Under the pieces are notes generated by a model that had not been told where the DNA came from, made no database searches, and worked only from the letters and a program-made list of their open reading frames with translations. Of a DNA stretch of 64,000 nt, positions 19,936 to 27,698 are shown piece by piece (the stretch's first letter is position 1; every line of letters starts with the position of its first letter). Where the stretch lies: NCBI GenBank assembly GCA_900552935.1, contig USBN01000004.1, forward strand, positions 3,114-67,113. Direction: 5' to 3'. Source of the stretch: an uncultured Coriobacteriaceae bacterium. GTDB lineage: Bacteria > Actinomycetota > Coriobacteriia > Coriobacteriales > Atopobiaceae. The position numbers and the translations under genes are program-made.

Positions 19936-20211
19936 ATGGCCAGCACCGAAGCCCGCACCGTCTCCGCCTCCGCCAAGTCCAACGGCCTCGTCGACATCAA
20001 GTCCCTCGCCCTGCTGGCGATTCTGCTCGTCGCCACCTTCCTGACGACGCTCGTCTCCGGTGCCCTCTTCGCCGCCATCGGCACCGTGATGATGGACGCG
20101 CCGATCGCCAGCGCCATAGTCAAGGTCCCGCTCGTCCTCGGTACCGCCGTCTTCAACGCGGCTGTCGTCCAGGCGCTCTACATCCCGCTCGTCAAGGTTC
20201 TCGGCAAGTAA
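19936..20211 (+). pseudogene. Internally deleted in-frame paralog of the TrpP-like S component
   Basis: N-terminus (ARTVSA..LLAILL) and C-terminus (VATF..TAVFNA..ALYIP) align to the upstream gene; its residues 32-127 have no counterpart. Confidence 0.75.
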
Positions 20212-20365
20212 CTTAGATACCATGTTGGCGCCGGCTCTCATGCGGGCCGGTGCCTTTTCGTGCGCCAAGGCCTCGCGGGGCCGCGCCTCGTGCGTGTTTC
20301 GCACCGCCCACGTTCCGCGCGCATGCCCATACAAAACCCGACCGCTTCGAAAGGCCCCACCCATC

Positions 20366-22162
20366 ATGACCACGGGCAAACCAATCATCGAGCTCGCCGA
20401 CGTCAGCTTCTCCTATGACAGATCCGGCGAGCCTACGAGGGAGAGGGCGCTTGACCAGGTGTCCCTCTCGATTCGCGAAGGTGACTTCGTGGGTGTCATC
20501 GGCCCCTCCGGAGCCGGCAAGTCCACTCTCGCCGCCGTCATGAGCGGTGCCATCCCGCACCACTTCACCGGCCAGCTCTTTGGCGCGGCCCTCGTCGACG
20601 GCAAGGACACCTGCGACGTCACCCTGACCGACATCTCGAGCGTTGTCGGCAGCGTGCTCCAGGACATCGACGCTCAGATGGTTGCGTCCGTCGTCGAGGA
20701 CGAGATGCTCTTTGGCCTCGAGAACTTCGGCGTGCCGCACGATCAGATCGAGGGGCGCATCGCGGCTACGCTCGAGACCGTGGGAATCTCCGACCTGCGC
20801 TACCGCGAGATCGCGACGCTCTCCGGCGGTCAGAAGCAGAAGGTCGCCATCGCCGCCATCCTCGCGCTCGAGCCGCGCGTCCTCGTTCTCGACGAGCCGA
20901 CGGCGGCGCTTGACCCCGCCAGCTCGCGCCTCGTCTTCGAGACACTGCGCGAGGCGAACGAGCGCCTGGGCGTGACCGTCATCGTCATCGAGCAGAAGGT
21001 CGCGCTTCTCTCCGAGCATTGCGGCCGCATCGTCGTGATGGATCGCGGCCACATCGCCTTCTCCGGCACGCCGCACGAGGTTTTCTGCCATTCCGAGGAG
21101 CTCCGCGCGATCGGCGTTGACAGCCCGCGCGTCGCCCGCATCTCCAACTGCCTCGTCAGGGACGGCTTCATCGCGGCGGGCGAGCCCTGCCTGAACGTTC
21201 CCGAGGCAGAGGCACTCATCGCCGGTCTCGTTGGTGTTCCCGGGGCGGGCGATGCTGGGGCGGACGGCAAGTTGCCGGCTACCCGTCCTGCCGCGTCGCC
21301 CCATGTTCCCGGGCCGCGTCCCCACGCGGACGGCGCCGAGCCCGTCGTCCTGCTCCAGGGCGTGAACTTCTCCTATCCGCATGGCGGGGCCTCCGTGCGA
21401 GACCTCGAGATGCGCGTCTACCCGGGCGAACTCGTGGGTGTCGTGGGTCAGAACGGCGCGGGCAAGACCACGCTCACCAAACTTCTGAATGGCCTGCTCA
21501 AGCCGTCGTCGGGCAGTGTCCGCGTGGCTGGCCTCGACACGCGCGAGGTGCCGACGAGTGCCATTGCCGCCCGCTGCGCGACCCTCTTCCAGAATCCGGA
21601 TCGCCAGCTCTGCAAGGACACGGTCCTCGAGGAGGTCGCCTTCGGCCTCGGGCTCCAGGGTGTCGAGGCGGGGGAGGCGAGGAGGCGTGCCGAGAAGGTC
21701 GCCCTGCGCTTCGGGCTGCTCCTCGACGAGGCGCCCTTCTCGCTCTCGCGCGGCCAGCGCCAGATGGTGGCGCTCGCGAGCGTCGTCGTCACCGATCCGG
21801 ACGTGGTCCTGCTCGACGAGCCTACGAGCGGCCTCGACTACCGCGAGTGCATGACCGTCATGGAGACCGTCCGCGAGATGGCCGAGCGCGGCTGCGCCGT
21901 CATCATGGTCTGTCACGACATGGAGGTCGTAAGCGACTTCGCCGAGCGCCTCGTGGTCATGGCGAACGGCGAGATGCTCGGCCGCGGCCCTGCCGCCGAG
22001 ATCTTCGCGAACGAGGACCTCATGAGGCGTGCCTACGTTGCGCCGCCCCAGGCCGTCGAGCTCTCCGCGCGCCTCGCGCGAGACGTGTCGCCCGAGTTCA
22101 GCGGCATGAGTGAGGTTTCCGACATCGTCCGCGTCACCGAGGAGATGATCTCTCGTGGTTAA
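20366..22162 (+). CDS. ECF transporter ATPase with two fused ABC domains (A-A')
   Basis: Two Walker A motifs (GPSGAGKS, GQNGAGKT), LSGGQ and LSRGQ signatures, two LDEPT motifs. Confidence 0.93.
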   Translation: MTTGKPIIELADVSFSYDRSGEPTRERALDQVSLSIREGDFVGVIGPSGAGKSTLAAVMSGAIPHHFTGQLFGAALVDGKDTCDVTLTDISSVVGSVLQDIDAQMVASVVEDEMLFGLENFGVPHDQIEGRIAATLETVGISDLRYREIATLSGGQKQKVAIAAILALEPRVLVLDEPTAALDPASSRLVFETLREANERLGVTVIVIEQKVALLSEHCGRIVVMDRGHIAFSGTPHEVFCHSEELRAIGVDSPRVARISNCLVRDGFIAAGEPCLNVPEAEALIAGLVGVPGAGDAGADGKLPATRPAASPHVPGPRPHADGAEPVVLLQGVNFSYPHGGASVRDLEMRVYPGELVGVVGQNGAGKTTLTKLLNGLLKPSSGSVRVAGLDTREVPTSAIAARCATLFQNPDRQLCKDTVLEEVAFGLGLQGVEAGEARRRAEKVALRFGLLLDEAPFSLSRGQRQMVALASVVVTDPDVVLLDEPTSGLDYRECMTVMETVREMAERGCAVIMVCHDMEVVSDFAERLVVMANGEMLGRGPAAEIFANEDLMRRAYVAPPQAVELSARLARDVSPEFSGMSEVSDIVRVTEEMISRG

Positions 22163-22901
22163 CGTCATCGACTACGTCCCGGGCGACACCGTCCTGCACC
22201 GCCTGAACCCCGTCGCCAAGCTCGCGCTCGCGTCGGGCATCATCATCGCGACCTTCCTCGGCGACACCTACCCGATGCTTCTGGGCCTGCTCGCCCTCAC
22301 GCTCGTGCTGGGTGCCTATGCGGGTGTTTTCAAGAACCTGCTCTCGCTGCTCAAGCTGCTCGTCCCGCTCGCCGTGGTGACGCTCGCGCTCCAGACCGCC
22401 TTCGTGCGCACGGGCGATGTCGTCGCGCTGTGGATGACGGTTGACGGTCTGGTCACGGGCTCGAAGGCGTGCCTGCGCCTCCTCGGCGTGGCGCTGCCGC
22501 TCATCCTCATGCTCACCGTCACCAAGCTGAACGACCTCGCGAACGCCTGCGTCGAGATTCTCCACGTGCCCTATCGCTACGCTTTCACCTTTACGACGGC
22601 GCTGCGCTTCGTGCCCGTGTTCAGCCAGGAGATGAACGCGATCATGGAGGCCCAGACCGCGCGCGGCGTGGAGTACGACACGAAGAACCCCTTCAAGAAG
22701 GTCCAGCTCATGCTGCCTCTGTGCATCCCTTTGCTCGTGAGCTCGGTGGGCAAGACCGACGCCACCGCCCTCGCCGCCGAACAACGTGGCTTCTACCTGC
22801 GCACGCGCGAGAGCAGCTACAAGCGCTATCCGTTCGCCGCCGCCGACTACGCAGCACTCCTCATCGCCGCCGCCCTCATCGTCTCCGGCGCGCTCTTCTA
22901 A
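22155..22901 (+). CDS. ecfT: ECF transporter T component
   Basis: LHRLNP, ALRFVP, AQTARG and AEQRGF motifs. Confidence 0.92.
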   Translation: MVNVIDYVPGDTVLHRLNPVAKLALASGIIIATFLGDTYPMLLGLLALTLVLGAYAGVFKNLLSLLKLLVPLAVVTLALQTAFVRTGDVVALWMTVDGLVTGSKACLRLLGVALPLILMLTVTKLNDLANACVEILHVPYRYAFTFTTALRFVPVFSQEMNAIMEAQTARGVEYDTKNPFKKVQLMLPLCIPLLVSSVGKTDATALAAEQRGFYLRTRESSYKRYPFAAADYAALLIAAALIVSGALF

Positions 22902-22982
22902 ACCTGCAGAAGGGACAGTCCCTTTTTCAGGTGGTGCCGCGCGGATTGACGGGGGAGTGACAAAGGGACAGTCCCTTTGTCA
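22902..22982. repeat. REP-like palindrome doublet, left copy
   Basis: ACCTGCAGAAGGGAC-A-GTCCCTTTTTCAGGT (22902-22932) and perfect TGACAAAGGGAC-A-GTCCCTTTGTCA (22958-22982). Confidence 0.85.
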
Positions 22983-23227
22983 GCTTTGAGGGTGACGGGA
23001 GACGGCTGCTCGAGGAATAGCCCTTTTGCACGCTTTGCCATCTCGGTGGCCGAGCCGCATCTGAGCGAAAATCAACAATCATGTTTTCAGAGGACTTTAA
23101 GGGCCCACTTCAACTATCATATGCAGAGGATTTGAGGCGGGGTGGTCGATGAGAGCGTTTCATCGGCCACCTTGTCTGCTAAGGAATCGCTTCTAAGACC
23201 GGGGACAAGATGGATTGGAGCGTATTC

Positions 23228-24661
23228 GTGAAGACGAAGCGTTGTATTGGCCAGAGGGGCAACCTTGGCCATTTTGAGAGGGTGGGCCTCGGCTTTGGCG
23301 CGATCTGTGCCGTGCTCGTAGCCGCTCTGTTCACACCGACGCCTGCTATGGCAGCCGACTGGATTGAGATCAATGGCGAAAGGTATGAGGCCGGCGCATC
23401 CCAGAGTGACCCCGCCGGCGGCTCCTGGGAGTGGGACGGCGACAGCACGCTCACGCTCAAGGACTACGACGGTGGTGCCATTGGCGCTGGTGGCAATCTC
23501 GATATCGTCTGCGAGGGCAAGAACTCTGTAAAGAACGCCGATGGTGAGGGGTCCGTTCTATGGCAGGAGGGTGACGGTACGCTCACTGTTAAGGGTTCCG
23601 GATCGCTTTCCGTCGCTGCCACTGGTGGATTCTACGACATCAAGGCCATTTCCGCTGAGGGTAACATTGCCCTGACCGACGGTGTAGCTGTGAGCGTTAC
23701 GTCTGTGGACCTTGGCAATGCCATTGGTATCATGACGAACGGAAGCGTCAGTATCGATAAGGGTGCCACCTTTACGGCTAACGATTGCTATGCGGGGATA
23801 ATCGCGATCGGTGGGGTGACCATCGATGCCGCATCTGCCAACTTTACCGGCAGCTTTCCGGAGGACGAGGTCCCTCATCAGGAATATGGTGTGATGTGCG
23901 GCGGCTCTCTTGCCATTAAGAATGGCTCGGCCGTACGCGTTGGGCTTGACGGCTATGCGGCTATCGGATTCAGCGTTACCAAGACTGCTAGCTGGGATGG
24001 TCCGTCTGTCGCAATCGCCGACTCCGTGGTTGATATTGCCGTGAACTCTACCGCTAGTACCGTGGCCCCGAGCGGCATCGTGGCTATGTCTACTGTTCCT
24101 GATAACGAGATTTCCATTGCTCGCTCCACGGTCACCGTTGACTCGCCTTCTGGCCCCGCGATTATGGCCCAGTATCAGCTCACGGATGCCGAGACCGCTG
24201 ATCGCGCAACAATCACTATCGACGGCTGCAAGATCGTCGAGCCGACTGATGGTCGCGTTTGCGATATCTCCCTCGACTTCACGAACTATGACTACGGTAT
24301 GCCAGTGGTGAGGGGTCAGTTCATCGGAGCTGGTGACGTCCGTGGCGAATTCGAGGCGCCTGACTACTCTAACGATGCGTTTGCGTGCGTCTCGAGGAAG
24401 GTCGTCATCAGGCCCGACGCTCCGGTTGCTCCCGAGCCGCCCGCGACGACCGAGCCGCCCGCGACCGAGGCTCCGGTGACGCCGGGTGTTCCGACGACGC
24501 CTGCGACTCCGGCCGTTACGCAGGGCGCTGCGACGACGACGGAGGAGAAGGCCCTTCCCCAGACCGGCGACTCCAATTCGTCTATCGCGGTTGCGGTCTT
24601 TGTTCTTGGCGGTATTCTTGCGCTCGCTCTCGCCTTTGTCGTAAGCCGCTCCAACGAGTAA
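23228..24661 (+). CDS. Sortase-anchored (LPQTG) surface protein with a probable beta-helix carbohydrate-binding-like domain
   Basis: Signal peptide ending ...PTPAMA, beta-strand-rich repeats (GTLTVKGSGSLSV), Pro/Thr linker, LPQTG and a TM tail. Start is either GTG 23228 or ATG 23210. Confidence 0.8.
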   Translation: MKTKRCIGQRGNLGHFERVGLGFGAICAVLVAALFTPTPAMAADWIEINGERYEAGASQSDPAGGSWEWDGDSTLTLKDYDGGAIGAGGNLDIVCEGKNSVKNADGEGSVLWQEGDGTLTVKGSGSLSVAATGGFYDIKAISAEGNIALTDGVAVSVTSVDLGNAIGIMTNGSVSIDKGATFTANDCYAGIIAIGGVTIDAASANFTGSFPEDEVPHQEYGVMCGGSLAIKNGSAVRVGLDGYAAIGFSVTKTASWDGPSVAIADSVVDIAVNSTASTVAPSGIVAMSTVPDNEISIARSTVTVDSPSGPAIMAQYQLTDAETADRATITIDGCKIVEPTDGRVCDISLDFTNYDYGMPVVRGQFIGAGDVRGEFEAPDYSNDAFACVSRKVVIRPDAPVAPEPPATTEPPATEAPVTPGVPTTPATPAVTQGAATTTEEKALPQTGDSNSSIAVAVFVLGGILALALAFVVSRSNE

Positions 24662-24669
24662 GACCTGAA

Positions 24670-24746
24670 ACCTGCAAAAGGGACAGTCCCTTTTGCAGGT
24701 GACAGCGCGTAAGTTGACAAGGGGACAGTCCCCTTGTCAACTTACG
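24670..24746. repeat. REP-like palindrome doublet, right copy
   Basis: Perfect ACCTGCAAAAGGGAC-A-GTCCCTTTTGCAGGT (24670-24700) and perfect CGTAAGTTGACAAGGGGAC-A-GTCCCCTTGTCAACTTACG (24708-24746). Confidence 0.88.
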
Positions 24747-24863
24747 GATGGCGGGGGACGTCTCGTTGTCTCGCCGGCTTTTGCGAATTCCACTCGTGTA
24801 GCTTTGATAGCGGGCGCCTTGCCTTTGCGGCCGGGCGCCCGTCTCCTGTATACTGAGTGTCCG

Positions 24864-24970
<107 letters not shown>

Positions 24971-25083
24971 TATTGACCAGCAAAGCGACGCCCCGAGGAA
25001 TGCGATGGCTGCATCCGAGGGGCGTTTTTCTGACTCGGCATCGCTGCGCAGTCTGGCGCGTCGTATGCCGGACGGGAGGGACC

Positions 25084-25731
25084 ATGGGCTTCATCAACTT
25101 CATCGTCGAGCTTCTGCAGGATCCGCGCACGGCCATCGCCAGCTGGATCGCCGCTGGCCCCCTCATGGCCTACGGCTGCGTCTTCCTCATCATCTTCATC
25201 GAGACGGGCGTCGTGTTCTTCCCGTTCCTTCCGGGCGACTCGCTACTGTTCGCGTCGGGCTTCTTCGCGCACAACGGCGGCTTCAACATCGTGGCCCTTC
25301 TCGGCGTTGCCTGGGCCGCCGCAATCCTGGGTGACCAGTGCAACTTCATGATCGGCCACTTCTTCGGCAAGAAGATCATCGCCTCGGGCAAGGTCAAGGC
25401 CATGACGCCGGAGCGTCTCGAGAAGTCCGAGAAGTTCCTCGAGAAGTGGGGCCACCTCGCTATCTTCCTCGGCCGCTTCTTCCCGTTCATCCGCACCTTC
25501 GTGCCCTTCATCGCGGGCATGGGCGGCATGCACTGGCGCAACTTCGGCATCTACAACATCCTGGGCGGCATCGTCTGGTCGACGCTCTTTACGCTCCTTG
25601 GCTACTTCTTCGGTGGTATCCCCTTCGTTCAGGAGCACTTCGAGCTGCTCATCGTGGGCATCGTGCTCGTGTCGATCGTCCCCACGGTCGTCGGCCTCGT
25701 GAAGGCGAAGCTCGCCAAGAAGGCCGAGTAG
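25084..25731 (+). CDS. DedA-family membrane protein
   Basis: FIETG, LPGDSLLF, GDQ and GRFFPFIRTF motifs. Confidence 0.93.
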   Translation: MGFINFIVELLQDPRTAIASWIAAGPLMAYGCVFLIIFIETGVVFFPFLPGDSLLFASGFFAHNGGFNIVALLGVAWAAAILGDQCNFMIGHFFGKKIIASGKVKAMTPERLEKSEKFLEKWGHLAIFLGRFFPFIRTFVPFIAGMGGMHWRNFGIYNILGGIVWSTLFTLLGYFFGGIPFVQEHFELLIVGIVLVSIVPTVVGLVKAKLAKKAE

Positions 25732-26060
25732 CGCGGGACGTGCGCCGCGGGGCGGACGCCCCTCATAGTGACGGCGAAGGCCGCGGGATGCAGGTGCTCC
25801 CGCGGCCTTTTTACGTGTCTCGTGGCTGCCGCGCGTCCGCATCGCCCACGCGTGCGCCTCGGTCCTGCGTGCCCGGGCATCCCGGCATCACGCTCGAATC
25901 TCGCCCACCGCGGAAATCGATACCGCAGCTAGAACACTAATTCCGCCCGCTTTTACCGATGTTGCCGACATACCTTTCGCCAGGCCATGAGTACCGTTCG
26001 CGGCGGTAAAAACCCTGGCAGTGATTCAAGTCGGGCTCGGTTGTACACAATATGAGTAAA

Positions 26061-26280
26061 GCGCGCGCCCTCCTGAACGCTCGTCTCCCCTCCGGTCGTC
26101 GGGTAGCATGCTGGGCGCATTCAACGGCACGCCCATTTAGTTCTTCAGAGATTCTTCCAACCCCCTGTTCTCTGGGAGGGCGCGCGCCGATTGGAAGATT
26201 CGGGCCGCCCGCTAAGCGGGAAGAGGAGTCTTTGGCTGCCATGGCCCGGCAAGCGCCCCGGATGATCGGGGCGCTTTTTT
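26061..26280 (+). ncRNA. Candidate structured non-coding RNA, family unassigned
   Basis: 13-bp perfect long-range stem (26061-26073 / 26175-26187), further stems, an AT-rich promoter-like tract upstream and a plus-strand terminator at 26251-26280. Confidence 0.45.
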
Positions 26281-26417
26281 GTGCCTGGGATTCTGAGCCT
26301 GTGGGCCTCGCGGGTCGATGGTTACAAGGTGCCGGGCTCGTCGGGCGATCGAGGAGCCCGGCGTGGCGTGGACCTGCGTCGCTTCATGAAGTCGCCCGCC
26401 TATGGTGAGGAGCCTGC

Positions 26418-27404
26418 TTACAACAGCGCGATCGCCTGGCGCGCTGCGCCGAGGAAGCCGGCGTCGTTTCCCAGCGTGGCAACGCGAATGAGGGTGTCGC
26501 GGCAACCGGGGATGGCATAGGCGCGGTATTTCTCCAGGCAAACGTCACCAAACGTATCCCAGCCTCCGCACATGCCACCGCCCAGGATGAACATTTCCGG
26601 GTCGACGAGGGCGGCGATGATCGACATGGCGCGTGCGAGGTAGTCGGCGAGGCGGTCGCAGGCGCGCAAGGCCTCGGGATTGTCCACGCGCGCGGCCTCG
26701 AAGACGGCGAGCGCGTCGGTCGCGTGGGCGATCGGGACCTCGACGGCGCCGGACGCCGCGCACTCCTCGCGATAGAGGCGGATGAGGCCGCGGGCGCTCG
26801 CATATTGCTCGAGGCAGCCGTGGCAGCCGCAGCCGCAGGCTTCGGGTTCGTCGGGGTTTACGTTGATGTGGCCGGCTTCCCCGCCCGCGCCGTGCGCTCC
26901 AACGACAACCTTTCCGTCAACGATGACGCCGGCGCCCACGCCCGTGCCGAGCGTAAGCATGACGGCGCTCCTGACGCCGTCGCCCGCTCCGAGCCAGGCC
27001 TCTCCAAGCGCCGCGGCGTTCGCGTCGTTGAGCGCGTGGGTGCGGGCGATGGGGAAGGCGGCCTTGAGGGTTGCGGTCAGACCGGCGAGATCAAGAACGA
27101 TGTTGGGGGCCATGGCAAGCGTGCCGTCCTCGAGGACGACGCCGGGAACATCGATGCCGATGGCGCCGAGCGTCTCGGGGTCCTTCCCCGCCTCGCGAAC
27201 GAGGGCGACTGCGGAGGTTGAGACCCTATCAAACGCCTCGGCATTATCAAGCTCGCCGGTTGGGACCTTCGCCGTGGCGAGGATTTTCCCGCCCCTCGTC
27301 ACGACGCCCATCTTGATGCTCGTACCGCCGATGTCGAGGCCGAGAACTGCCTCGTCCGTGTTGCTTGCCGTAGCTGCATCGAGCGCGTCATCAATATTTG
27401 TCAT
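26418..27404 (-). CDS. ROK-family sugar kinase (glucokinase-like)
   Basis: GLDIGGT, NDANAAALGE, TLGTGVG, GEAGH and CGCGCHGCLE motifs. Confidence 0.93.
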   Translation of the reverse strand: MTNIDDALDAATASNTDEAVLGLDIGGTSIKMGVVTRGGKILATAKVPTGELDNAEAFDRVSTSAVALVREAGKDPETLGAIGIDVPGVVLEDGTLAMAPNIVLDLAGLTATLKAAFPIARTHALNDANAAALGEAWLGAGDGVRSAVMLTLGTGVGAGVIVDGKVVVGAHGAGGEAGHINVNPDEPEACGCGCHGCLEQYASARGLIRLYREECAASGAVEVPIAHATDALAVFEAARVDNPEALRACDRLADYLARAMSIIAALVDPEMFILGGGMCGGWDTFGDVCLEKYRAYAIPGCRDTLIRVATLGNDAGFLGAARQAIALL

Positions 27405-27698
27405 GGTTTCCCCCTCGGTCTCTGCGCACTTTCGAAAGCGTACGCCTTGCGGCGCGGGCGGGGTGCGCGTATTAGGCGGACGGTAGCGCGGGAGAAGGAG
27501 GCCGGGGTTGTCCCCGATGTGCTGGGGATGGCGTTGGGTATCGAAAAAGGCCCTGCTGGCGGTGCGGGCCGCTGGCCGAGTGCCGTCGCCATGGATGTCC
27601 GCGCGGTGTCAGACACGAGCGCGTCAGGTGGCCCGGGTATACTGGTCTGGTCTGGCGTGGCCCGTCTCGGTCGTGCCGCTAGGATTGCCGGAGGTCCC

